The notes under the pieces were generated by a model that saw only the letters and a list, made by a program, of their open reading frames with translations, was not told where the DNA came from and made no database searches. 64,000 bases of DNA, from NCBI GenBank assembly GCA_002269645.1, contig NIVC01001491.1, forward strand, positions 148,535 through 212,534, in the 5' to 3' direction. This document shows, in pieces, positions 28,469-44,151 of this stretch. Numbering within the stretch: position 1 is the first letter of the stretch; every line of letters begins with the position of its first letter. A program made the position numbers and the translations under genes. Source of the stretch: Macrostomum lignano (Eukaryota).

Positions 28469-29408
28469 CTATATATCATCATATATAGCCTCTGCATATA
28501 TCGTATCATCTTCAAAATCATCACGACAGCTCACACCTCCGCAAATTCCTGTAGCGGTCCCGATTACGATATCCAGCTTTGCTTTACAAGCTTCGATTTC
28601 TTTTGTCTGCTCATCGGTTGGAGGCCACCCGAAATCTTGCGAGTCCAGCTTTGGTGCAGTGGCAGCAACTTTCAGCTGGTCTGCGATGGCTTTGGCTTGC
28701 TGCAGTTGGCTAGATCGAAGGGAGGCTCGCAGGTCGTCTGCCTCAGCTCGGCGGGAGGACCCGGCCGCTGCCTGCTCCAGCCTCTGCTCTGTGACTCTTA
28801 GCAGCTCCTCGAGGCGCTCTTTTTCTATATCGATAAATTCGATAAGACTTTTGATCTGAGCTTTCCAAGGCTGCAATGTAGCGCTGACTTGGTCACATTC
28901 CTTTGCATCTTTCTCCACAGATTTTAACAGGTTCTCGCATTCAGTCTGGGGAGAGAATAGTTTCATTTCATTAACTTTCGTGTCAATACCTCCTGTACTT
29001 CAGCACAAATTACCTGAAACTTCAATCGATGATCGCAGAAGTGCAGATCGCAAAAATCCAGGTCGCAGTGACCGCATTTGACAAAGACTGAGTTGGAGCA
29101 CCGGGATTTGCCTTCAAACATTTGGCAGGTGGCGCCGGGCGGCGGTTTCGACTTGAAAGCCTGGACGAGCTTGGCCCTGATGGCATCCTGCTTAGGTTTG
29201 GAAAGCATCTCTCGGCACTCCGGACACTTTGCGGGTCCAAAAAGGGACATGTCCGAAATGCGTTTGTAGCATTCGCGGCACAGCGTGTGGTGATTTGGGC
29301 ACACGAAACACGGATCAGTAAAGATGTATTTGCACACCGGGCACAGCAGGTCTTCGTCGTCAGGTCGCTTTTGAGCTTCCATCATGGACGAATTGCCAAG
29401 GGAGCTCA
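28469..29408 (-). CDS. TRIM-like gene 5
   Basis: Exon 29408-29014 (ATG at 29385; CPVC..DPCFVCPNHHTLCREC..CPEC; CGHCDLDFCDLHFCDH) and exon 28945-28469. Confidence 0.88.
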
Positions 29409-30479
29409 CTGTTTCCAATAATAATTGGTGCAAATGCACTTTTTAGCTGTGCGACGGTTACACTAAGAAAATAATTTTTGAGCTGACTTGTTTTATACTT
29501 TACTGTTCTCGTAATCAAAAATGACGTGCAAAATGTTTCGCTAGATATGAAAACCAGGCCAACCTTTAGTCTGTCAGCCATGCAACTCAGTTTGCTAAAG
29601 ACTGCTTGAAGTCATATAAGAAAGGACGCTAAACAAAGTACATTTTATGAAACCAACCAAAGTATTTTGATGCGAGCTATTAAAACCCCTTGATAATCTT
29701 TATTTTAGGACATTTTTCGAATCGCAGATAAGCTCTATCACTCTTCAATCCAGAAGAATTCTATAATTAGGACTTTGATTTTTTATTTGTTTCAGAAAAG
29801 TAAATAAGAAAATTCTCAGTTTATAAAAATGCACCAGTAAGCATAATGCAAAATTAGCTATGACAAAATGCCTATTCTTGTCTACACTAAATTTGACGCA
29901 GTGTAGCAAACTTTTGAAAATTTTTGCCTTTAGCAACTATTTTTTCAATAGATCCGCGTTAGTAGTATGTTTTGCTTTAAACTGCTTTTTTATCTAAGTT
30001 CAGTTGATGAGGACGCACTTTTTTCCAAATTTCACGCTCGCACATGGGTTCAAAACTTGCTAGCCTACTAACAGCATGCTATGGGCGTTTTTTTCTTTTT
30101 CTTTTGTATTTTTTCTAGAATTCATCCTAGTAGGACTTCTGTAGCTATATTAATCTGCCATACTTGTAGTTATAATAACATAGGCGCGGTTTTTTGCTGC
30201 TTTTGGGTCATAAATCATTGCGTCTGAGCTGGTCTGACAGCCACCTGCGCCTCAGTGCTGGGGCTGGCGCCAGATGATCTGAGAGGATGCGGGCGGTAGC
30301 TTTTTTCTCATCATTTTGACAGTCCATCAAGATTTATGAGGTCAGGGCCTATTGTTCGTGTTCACTCAAGCGTGTGACAGCTTTGGCAGCTATGCGTTTT
30401 ACCTCTAAAAGTACGATGGGATTAGCGATTAGCGATTTCTCTTCATTATCTTCACTTTCTAATTAATAAGAGCTTTCTA

Positions 30480-32030
30480 ATGTATATTTTTTAATTAGTT
30501 TTTGTCAATTCTACGCGGAAAGTCATAAATCATTTTGTTGCGATTTTTATTGATTTATGGCCGCATCTGTCATATATTTACGACCCCGAGGGAACTGATA
30601 GGATCTCTTGGTCACGTGACTTTGGGTGGCAACAAGCTCAGCCGATCAGAAAATTCGACGTGCGTTGTAACAAATCGGCTCAGCCAATCAGAATCGAGGT
30701 GTTCCATTATAACAAATTGCGGTCCAGTTGGTGGCTATTTAAACCGGCGTTTTTGGCCGGCGCGGACCTCAACTGGCTCGGAACTTCCTGCTACTTGCTC
30801 GGGCCCAGTACACGACCGTCGTTTCTTGATCCCCGGATTGCGACTTCCCCCATCATCATCAAGGATGAGTCCCCCTGGTCGTCAGCAGTAAACATCAAAG
30901 TTAAGAGCATCACCTGCTAGCTATCAGCGAAGATTGGGACATCAGCATCATCCCGGGTCTACAGCTGCGAAGCACTAAGCCGATTCGGTCGCTGTGGATT
31001 TCCTGGTCTCCGCCTGTTGAGTTTCTGATTGGTTGGGTAGAGGCTACCTAGACTTGCTTGATTGGGTGATTCCTCATCTGTCCCCTGTTTCAGTAGCTGG
31101 ATTAGGCGCACACTTTTGCTCATTTTGTTCAGTAGTGCTGTTACTGAGGCAGAAATCATTCAATAATACTGATAGTAGTCTGAAACTCCAATTCAATCTG
31201 AAGTGTGAGGAGATCTAAGGAGAAGGTTAGATCTAACAGTTATTTTTATCGGTTTTATTTCTTTGTTCGCCGATGGCTCAGATGAGTAGCTAAGCTAGTA
31301 GGCGCCGGTCACAGTGGACCAATGGCAAGGCAGTTCTCAATCGATCAATCTATCAAATCAGTTAGCGAAACTGCCAGTAGTGCAGAATCGGCGCCAGAGA
31401 TGTACTTTGTGCACTCTAGGTTCGCCAAGCGGCTCGGGTAATGAATCATGTGGTCTCTGAGGTTCGAGTTAGCCTATCATCAGCACTAGGAGAGGCTGGT
31501 TGGCGCGTTGAAGGCCAAAAGTACAATTCTTCGTATTTAGCAATGTAATAGTACATGTAGCTACCCCATAGTCTCGCCACTGCAAGAATCCCCTGCACAA
31601 GTCCCCTCTGTACCTGCATGGCCAATGCGATCAAGTCCCAGCAGTGTCCCTTAACATCGGCTATGACTTCGAGATTGACAGCAACAAGACACTAGTTGGC
31701 AGTTAAGTGCAAAGCCCCTTCTAGTCGGAAGCCCGATTTCGAGAGTCCCGGTGTAGTGAGCCAGGGCCCACGGGCTGGTGGCAGCGAGTTAGTTAATCTG
31801 CGGGTTAGCTAATTTCTACTTTCAAAATTCTCCCTGCTCGTCTCTCGCTGTCCCTCTCTTAGCTATAGGACCTAGACTGCTCGCCACACGATCAAGCTAC
31901 CATGGGGCTGACCATCTGACAGGAGTGGGGGGGCAGGACTCTAATTTATTGATTTCTGAGACCTGAGGCCCGAAGGCTTCCCCACAAGGGAGCTGAAAGG
32001 CCGAAACCCATCACAGCTAAAAATGTCCAA
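30480..32030 (+). mobile_element. Possible LTR-retroelement relic: promoter-like segment plus a decayed retropepsin
   Basis: CCAAT boxes and TATTTAAA at about 30.6-30.75 kb. Broken frames give SAPEMYFVHSRFAKRLG (about 31395-31440) and VSLNIGYDFEID (about 31645-31680), resembling retropepsin motifs. Confidence 0.4.
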
Positions 32031-32498
32031 AAACGATTTTATCGAAATGATTAAACCTAATTGTCGGTTAAAACCTAATTGTTCAAGTGAAACAGTGCTG
32101 TACACGAGTTCATGGGCATGAAACTTTAACTTAACTTCTGCTAGTGTAATAATCTAGGGATTTCAGATATGGACTTATCGGGGACTTAGAATAATACGAG
32201 AATAAGGGTTTATGTTAAAAAGTATCTAGACAGAAATTTCAAAATATTTATTCAACTCATAACTCGTTATTGTCATTAACTTTTCTTAGCTCAAGTGTCC
32301 CTTTTCGGGGTATCAATGAATGAAATTTCGTCTCGAATTTTCGTAGTCTATGGTAAAACAAGTTCCAACAAGTATGGTTTTATATTTTAAAAGAAATTAT
32401 ACTTTTATAGGATTATTACGATTTAGTTTTCTTCTACGCTTTCGTACTTTTATATTTTCGTAACAGTAACGCAACACTTTTCGGCTTGTTAATTCAGT

Positions 32499-33047
32499 TC
32501 ATTCAATCAGACGACGTTTTACTTTTTCCAACCTACTGATTACCTTGTATTTTTGGACCATGGACACTAGCATCCGATTGGCAGCGGTAAACACGGGATC
32601 TCCGATAATGTTTACTCCTGGATGGTTGAGATTGAAGAACCTACAGAGTCTGGCTCGAATGCAAATCAGTGTTGGAGGCGCATAGAACAGGCCATCCTGG
32701 GTCCTTAGCGTTGAATAGAAGAAACGCAGATAGTTGTTCAAAATAGTAGGAGGTACTCGCATCAGATCTGATGACAATTGCTTATCAGTCAAAAACGTTT
32801 GAAACCTCCTCACAGCGTCCGCCATCTGTCTTTCAGAGGACTTCGGGATTCCTTCTCGTTCAATTTCTTTAAGTTCCTCGAGCGCATCTTCGCTTAGGTC
32901 TTGGATCTCTTCAGCGTCTAGTTGTCGAGCGAACTCACCACTCAATTCTTCCAAATAGCGGGTTGCTGACTCTGACGACACCCAATGCAAATCCTCTGTT
33001 GACAGACCACTGATAAGTTGGTCGGGCAGATTCGCATAGTTCAACAT
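32499..33047 (-). mobile_element. Crypton-like / KCTD1-DUF3504-family tyrosine-recombinase N-terminal fragment
   Basis: LNNYLRFFYSTLRTQDGLFYAPPTLICIRARLCRFF...IIGDPVFTAANRMLVSMVQKYK resembles the core-binding region of Crypton-derived proteins. I found no catalytic domain downstream. Confidence 0.65.
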
Positions 33048-33715
33048 TCTTAGTCAGTAGTTGATTCGACAGACAGAACTTTCTAGAATCGTTGCTTCAA
33101 AACGCGGCTCCATAGCCCCGTCCTCTCGATTAATCCGAGTGTTTAGTCTATGGCACAAGGATTTGCCCATCCACCGAAAAAATAGCCTTCGACCATAGAC
33201 TTTCTCAACTTTCTGCCTATCTCTAACATAGTGCCCGCAAATTTCCACATTTTTACCCGCAAATTTCTTGCATTGATTAAGTTAGTGACAATCTTATTGA
33301 CATAGAATTTTGCTAGTTGTCAATGCGGAATTCTATGTTAATGTTATATTGTTGCGATGCATGCATCATTCGGGGCTCAAGAATGATCATACAAGAAAAA
33401 GATATTATATGTTTTATGCTTTTAAAAAGCTCATTAAAACAAATTTTAAAAAGCATCTTGTTCATGCTCTATAGAAGTTAAAAATTCCTACTATATTATC
33501 AGGTTGAAATGTTGCATAATCATCATATTGGCATTTAATTTAATCGAACTATATTTTAAGCACGGCCGTGCTGATGCAAATTTCACACTGCAGGTAAAAA
33601 TAGTTAAATATTTGCTTTCAAGTATTCGCTGGCTGCATTCGAAATGGCAGTTGTCATATATATCGAAGTTTCATTAGTTCGCATTGCTTTTGTCTTGTCT
33701 CTTAAGTCTCCATAG

Positions 33716-36387
33716 TCAGGGTACAAAGCGACGCAGAATCTGCCTGAACGGCTCCTCAGGATGGCCTCTACCAGCGGCCGAGAACCTTCCAGTCGGTCGA
33801 AGGACGCCGCTAGGCGTGAGTATCGTCGAGTCGCCGTGCACCGCCTCTAGAAACGGTCGCTCCATCTCGTGTCCCAACTCTGTCGCTTTTAAATCGAATT
33901 CCTGACCAGATTTTACCGGCGGAGACACCTTCGGCGTCTTAGTCAACGAATTCAAGTTGTGAAGTCCTCGACGATTCAGTCTGTTGAAGGCGACACTGGC
34001 CACTTTTAAGTCGCCAGTGTCCAGAGCTTCGCGCAACTCGACAGCATCGGCAGCCGCGGAAGTTGACAGGGCAGCTCCGCGCGAGGAATCCGCCATCTCG
34101 GCGGCCATAGCGGAGAGCGCATCGAATCGCTGCCGCTGATGCTCCAGGGCATCGCGACAGTCGGCAAAGAGGCGACTCCACTGCTGTAGAGCCGACTGGC
34201 GCTGCTTGGCTGACTGGTTTGCCGACTCTGCCGCTCTAATTAAAGTGCTGGACTCCTCCTGAAAGAAAATTTGACAAGTTGACATGTAGAACATGAACAC
34301 TAATTGCAGCAATATCCGTTGTAAACCGTTGCTTTGTTAAAATTTGAGCGAAAAATGTTAGTTTTAGTTTTGGAACTTTAGTTTTATGTAATAATAATTA
34401 ATTACCTCGTGCACCTGCCCAAATAGGCAGATGTGCAACCGACAGCTCAGCCGCAGCTATTGCGCGGCGCATCTGAAGGCTGCGTACGGCTGTTCAGTCC
34501 AAGGACTGGGGGGGGGGGGGGGTCGCCACATGCACCCTCAATTACCCCAGCTAATGCTGGCACCCATTTTACAGCTGGGTGAACTGAAGCAATGCAGAGT
34601 TAAGTGCCTTGCTCAACGACACAAATTGTTCCGAGTGGGTTGAGAATCGAATCGAGGATCGACCTTTCAGTCGTGAGTTTCGACGCTGTAACCATTAGGC
34701 TACAACCCCTTTGTTGCAGTTTATTAATATTTGTTGTTACTTTGGTAAAACAATAGGAATCGGAAATCCTATTATAGTTTAGAATTTATAGCTTTGCATA
34801 CGAGTATAAGTAGCAAACTACGAGCATAAGGTATAAATACGGTATTCCACCCAAATAATTTTTATTGTCAAAGCTGTCAATCAGTTATAATTGTGTTCCC
34901 CGTGTAAAGTCAACAGATCATCAAGTACTCCTAAAAAGATATGTAAAGTCAGCTTAATGAAAGCCAATCTTAGATTCATGAAAGGTCTAGAAATGGAGGA
35001 TCAAGGCTGAAAGCATTGCAGCAAACCTGGGAGAAATCCGAATGACCATATTTTTTAAGGATTCAAAATGGTCTAGCGCTTATTAAGGTATTCAATCGCT
35101 GTTTATTAAAAAAGTGTTTGTTATGCTACTGATTGAGGGAAATACCAATGAAAGAAAACATACGGCTATTGATACGGATCGAACTGCTACAAACCGATGA
35201 CTACTTCTACCGATTGATCTGTTACAAACCAATGACTACTTCTACCGATTGATCTGCTACAAACCAATGACTACTTCTAGCGATTGATCTGCTACAAACC
35301 GATGACTAATTCTACCGATTGATCTGCTACAAACCAATGACTACTTCTAGCGATTGATCTGCTACAAACCGATGACTAATTCTACCGATTGATCTGCTAC
35401 AAACCGATGCCTACGTCTACCGATTGATCTGCTACAAACCAATGACTACTTCTAGCGATTGATCTGCTACAAACCGATGACTAATTCTACCGATTGATCT
35501 GCTACAAAACAATGACTACTTCTACCGATTGATCTGCTACAAACCGATGACTACTTCTACCGATTGATCTGCTACAAACCAATGACTACTTCTACCGATT
35601 GATCTGCTACAAATCAATGACTACTTTTATCGATTGATCTGCTACAAACCGATGCCTACATCTACCGATCGAGGACTACTAAATTTAAACAACTATAAAA
35701 GATTGAACGACCGTACAGCAATCATGCGCTTTCGTTAAACTAACTCTGAACGTTTTAACTTACGAAGTTACGATTATAACCCACCTTAAATCGCATCTGA
35801 TCGTTAGCGTAATGCATCTCGCACAGGTTCCGATCGCAGTGCTCGCACCTGGCAAATACCTGCTGCAGACAGGCACAGTTACCGGCACCCTCTCGAGCGT
35901 CGCATTTCGCGTGATGAAGCCACTGCTCCCGCCGACGCCAGCTGTCTACCACGCCGCGGACGTGAGGATTCTCCAGCGGACGATCGACCAGACGCTCGCG
36001 ACAAATCGGACAGCGGGCCACCTCGCCAGACGAGTGACATTTGGTTGCGATAGCCTGGTGACAGCCGCGGCACAGAGTGTGATGACGGCTGCACACGAAG
36101 CACGGATCAACGAAGGTGCTCAAGCACACTGGGCATTTCAGCTCCTCTTCGAGATCTTTGACTGCCGGAATCGAAACGTATTTTTGCATTTAAATAGACA
36201 GTTTCAAAACTTGAGCACTTTGCTCAGGTTTGTTGCGTTTTAAGATTGATTCAATTTGATCATAGTCTACCGTAATACCGAAAGACTTAATTGTTAAATG
36301 TCATGGGTTTGAATTTTTACAACAAAAAACTTTACAATGCAGAAACAACAACTTAGATAACTTACAGGTTCCACTTTCTGCAGACAT
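33716..36387 (-). CDS. TRIM-like gene 6
   Basis: Exons 36387-36366 (ATG...T|gtaagt), 36161-35785 (CPVC..DPCFVCSRHHTLCRGC..CPIC; CEHCDRNLCEMH) and 34258-33716; frames consistent. Confidence 0.85.
34388..34709 (-). mobile_element. SINE family 1 copy in intron 2 of gene 6
   Basis: Head GGGGTTGTAGCCTAATGGTTAC; body shared with the other copies. Confidence 0.85.
35178..35670. repeat. 35-bp minisatellite, about 14 units, in intron 2 of gene 6
   Basis: Unit CTGCTACAAACC(G/A)ATGACTA(C/A)TTCTA(C/G)CGATTGAT with alternating variants. Confidence 0.95.
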
Positions 36388-37161
36388 AATCGCAGGCCTA
36401 GTCATAGTCCTTCTTTATAGTAAAGGTACTTTAGATTGAAACAATTGCAAGGTTGAGTTAGTTGCAGGAAAAAGTGTCACCTCAACAAAGATGAATGCTC
36501 TTCACATGGCCTGAATGCTTTAAGAGGAGGAGGCCTCTTGTGTTCTCTGAGCAGACAGAAGTTTAGTTCTCACTCTGGTCTGTACACTGGGAATATAGTA
36601 CATTCACTTACGAGTACAGCTGGGTTAGGGTGGACTAGAAAGAGATTGCAGCTCAGTGAGTATATATGGAGTACAGTAAAGGTTTGAGAAGCTACACTGC
36701 AGACACCTCAGACTGTACGCGGGCACGGAAATTGAAAAGTTTATTGTTTGAGACCAGTGAACTGTACTTACTCGGAATGCCTTATCAAACTATGAAAAAT
36801 TACTGAAGTAATTCAGGCAAAAGCGCTGAGTGCAATTCCAGGCACTGAGAGATAATATGTATTCAAAATAAATTTTAACCTTTTTGTTAATGACAGATGT
36901 TTCGTATCCTCTCAGTTACTAAATATGCAGTACTCCGAAGTACGAATTCAAACTATGTTCTGGAAATGCCAACAACTGCACTACCGCCAACTTCATTCTC
37001 TTTTTGTGTCTTTTATCAAACGTTACCATTTTTAAAGTCTATCAAAATAGATAGTAATATTATATTCTGATGCCACACTTTCGAGGACATTGACTCACAA
37101 TTGACTCGCAATGTGGCAATGCGCGGAATCAAACAACTTGTCGAGGTGCATTATAGCGCAT

Positions 37162-37539
37162 TTTTTTATTTTTTTTATTTTTTTTTTAGAGGCAGGGGGG
37201 TTGTGTGCACCCTGGCGCACTTTAAGCGACATAGGCACACAACCGGCGAGAGGCATTACTGCCCATTCCGCCGACTCCCCTGAGCAGGCACACAAGCGCG
37301 CGGATACGTACGCAGGCACACACTCACACAGGAGTGTACAGCGGCCCTAACTTTATATTATCGTTAGGCATGTACACTTCACTGCGCCTTGGGGGTTGGC
37401 TCTCAAGGCAGTTAATTGCACGAGCAGAGCCAAGCCGAGATTCCAATTCAGCCCCAAATTAATGTGACTGCACTTGGAATCGAGCCTGGGTCGCTGGCAC
37501 ACCAGAGCAGCTGCGCTACCGCTGGGCTACGGCCCCCTT
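37162..37539 (-). mobile_element. SINE family 2, young copy with 13-bp TSD
   Basis: TSD CATTATAGCGCAT at 37149-37161 and 37540-37552. Confidence 0.92.
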
Positions 37540-38085
37540 CATTATAGCGCATAATATCGGTATAACTTTTGGCTTTTAATTTAATCGCTTTATTTTTTAA
37601 TGAAAAGAAACGTTTAAAAGATTCTGACAGAACAAAGCCATGATACCCTGCTGTATGTATATTCATACTGTATAAACAAGAAATTAGACAGGGAGATACA
37701 ACTGTAGCCATCTATGTTTCGCATTCATGGAGGTGTGCAAATTGTAGATTCACTCTGAAAAATTACTCGTAGAAGCTTTCTAGGGATTCAAATTATCAAT
37801 ATTATTCTACGAAAAAAGGAGTTTATATGACTGAATCATCATTCGTCAAGCTTGTTTCTGTTTCTTTTCAGAAACATGTTCAATTGGATGTGAAAGACTG
37901 ATCGAAGCTTATATCTTTATAAAACGCCGGCTATGACAAGCTGTATCAAATATGAATTAGATAGTACTCGTATTTTTTAAGAATAACGACACCCAGAAGA
38001 AAGAATAATAGTTGAAAAAACCAAACTCAACACAAACGTCAGAAAGTAGTTCTCCGTTCATCAATCACAACTAATTCTGAATCAT

Positions 38086-41230
<3,145 letters not shown>

Positions 41231-42104
41231 TTTTCAGTAAGAATTCTAATTGCAAAATTCATACAATGCGAAGAATCCGAGAAATAAAACTTAGAGGTAG
41301 AGCTTGCATGGTTCCTAGTTCTAAAGCGCGTTTAATGTAAAAAATCAGATTGTAAGTGCAATGTCTATTTATAGAGTAGCCAGTGCGTACGCTTCTAGTG
41401 TACAAAAGAACAGAATTCCAACGTACTTCTCGGCGTACAGTACGTACTCGTACAATGGGTATAGGTACAGCGTACGTTAGTCAGTGCATACTATTTCTCT
41501 TGCTCTTTCCCACGCAGCAATTTCAAATAAATATCCGTAAAACCAACTGCTGTCTTTCGCTTGGACACAACAACCTTTATAATTATAACCTACCATTCGA
41601 TCTACAAAATGAACGATTTTGGTTCAGGTAAGGTTGAAAGCAAGTTAATCCCCAAATTTAAGTAAAACAGGCCTGCTTTGAAGCTTTTTAAAATTTTTTA
41701 TGGAATTTCGATTCAAATTGAAACAATACGTGCGCCCGTTCTTGCATAGTTCTAATTAGGAGAGTAGCGGAGCTGGAATTAGTTTGAGGGTTCATCAACG
41801 CAAATTGGCCTGTCCAAAGCTGTCTTGCGATTCCCATGGCTTATGACGGCCAACCAAGTCTCAAGGGACAGGGTAAAGGTCGGGGATGCCCGACGATGGG
41901 AATAGCGGCGTTTTTGCGTCATTTATGTGTTTAGGGTTTTTTATTGAACCAAGCAAGATTAGCAGTTTAAATATTGAGGGTTTCATTGACACTATAGCAA
42001 AATGACAAAATAAAAAAGTGCATTTTGGTCATTTTTGTAGACTGTACTTGGTTTTGGTTGATTTTTTATACATGAGCCCAAAACCCAACGCCTGGCCCTC
42101 TGCA

Positions 42105-44151
42105 ATGAGCAAATCATCTCAAGGTTTCAATGTTGTTCCTATATTTTATACTTCTGATTTGCAGAGGTTGCTGAGGAGCTGCTATGCCCCGTGTGCTTGG
42201 ACCCCTACAACGACCCCGTATATGTGTGCATCCATCACCATAGCCTGTGCCGCGAATGCTACCAAATGATTGTTTCGACAGCTGGCAGTGACATCCCGCA
42301 GTGTCCGCAGTGCCGAGAGAAATTGACCAGACCCGTTGATAATACTCAACTGCGCCGTCTGGTGGAGGCTCACCAACAGCAATCTCAGCAGGCGGTCCAA
42401 TGCCAGGACTCTTCCTCTGGCGGCATCTGTGCTCGGCGTAGTGCTGAGCGATGCGGGCACTGCGAGCAGAGCTTCTGCGCGCAGCACTTCATCGCTCATA
42501 AAGAGCAGTTTCAAGTGCGTATGAAATTCACTGTTTCTTTATTGTTTTTTAAGGTTCTCGCTCTGAAGATTAATTTTTAGGTTCTTAAATGCGATCACTG
42601 ATTTCAGACCGATTGCGTTGAGCTTTTGTCGGCTGCAGATGAAGCAGCTCAGCAGTCAGAGAGTCGACAAAGAGTGCTAACCGAATGGGAAGTCTTTATT
42701 CAAAGCTGTGTAGCGCATCTGATTGAGAATTCGAGACTGCAGCGATTAATTCCCGAATCCTGGCTCGACGATGCATCCCGGAGGCACGCCGAAGATTTAC
42801 GAAGCACCCTCAACGCCGGTGACCTGCGGGCAGCCAGAGTTGCCTATGATGAACTCAGGATGGCCAAAGCGAGATTCGACCAGCAAGGACCGCCTCGCGA
42901 GATCGTTGGAGAGTTCAGCCGAGATGCGTTGTTCTCTCTGTTTCAAGAGAAGCTTTCAGCTCTGCTGACCGCAGCCGAACAGGTGTACCTTGACGGCATC
43001 TACGGCTTGGTCGAACGCGTTTGCCACATTGGAATTTCCACAGTCAAGCTGAAGATTGGGAAAGAGATTCAGAAAATTCCGGAGCTCAAATGCCGGCTTA
43101 GTTTCGTCCTGCCCGGTCGAGGCAGTCACTTCACTCCCTATGTTGACCTCAAAGCCATTCGTGCCGAGCAATTTGAAAGGGACATTCTGATTCGTTTCGA
43201 TTTCCAGCAGCAGTTCGACTACAGCACCATCAGTATGTCGAACGGTCCGGCCGTTTTAGCACAGTTTCTGCAGAGAGGACCGATTGAACTGCCGTTTTGT
43301 CTTCAGATGAAGTTTAAGGAGAGGCTGGCCTCCGGGGTGGCTGAAAATACCTACTGCAGCAGAATGTATCAACTCGCAGCTTTGCTGCCACTGGCGGAGG
43401 CGATCAGTCGTGGGGAGAGCATCGAAAACGTGGAGTGTCCTTGTGAGATTCTGAATAAGAAGTACACTTTAAATTACCTTTGTCTACTGAGTCATGACCC
43501 TGTTATTTAAACTACAAAAGCTTTTAGTGATAAAATGCACCAAAAACTCGCGAAACTAACTTTTCTGGTTTCTTAGAAAATATTTGGATTCTGGGCTTGC
43601 GCAAAAATGCAATGCTGTCAAGCTGAAATAGGAAATAGCTTCTCTTCAACACAAATGATAATAATATTCGTTTTTGTAGAAGCAGATTTATAGTAAACTT
43701 TTCTGCTGGTTAGATCAGAGGTATTTGGAAAGAGTACTTAATTGTTCAAAATCAATAGTTTTTTGCTTTATGAACTAATTAGATAGAAATTGACTTTTAC
43801 AACTGTAATGCGCATACAAAATCAAGGATTTACAGAAGTTGCCCTGTCTGTCTAATGAGTGTCTGACTGGTGGAACTTAACATTGAAAACGTGAGCTCCT
43901 AGCTCGACCGTAAAGACCAGCTGACGCAGTGCAATTAGCCAGTCGTTGGAAGCCGGTTCCGGCTTCTTCTGAGATTGAATCTCCAAGAATCAGCCTTAAT
44001 TGGTCTTCCCGCAGTGCTGGATGAAAATGAGGCACCTCGCGGATATGTCACGGTGTCCACCAACCTGCCGTGTCTGCTGAACCAAGTCTACCGGGAGCTG
44101 CCGGCTGAGGAGCAAAGCGAAGTTGAATTGAGGCTTCGAGGAGAAGAGTAA
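42105..44151 (+). CDS. TRIM-like gene 8: RING + B-box-like + coiled coil + RPGRIP1L-type RID (C2) domain, about 446 aa
   Basis: Exons 42105-42123 (alternative in-frame ATG 42072), 42165-42514, 42608-43442 and 44015-44151. C-terminal FDFQQQFDYS..LAQFLQRGPIELPF..LAEAISRGESIENVECP|LLDENEAPRGYVTVSTNLPCLLNQVYRELP aligns with the RID of RPGRIP1L in this window. Confidence 0.85.

Noticed and set aside
31956-32010. Hammerhead ribozyme (CTGA...GGCC...GGCC-GAAAC)
   Set aside because: The CUGANGA core is incomplete and I could not form stems I and III or a cleavage triplet.
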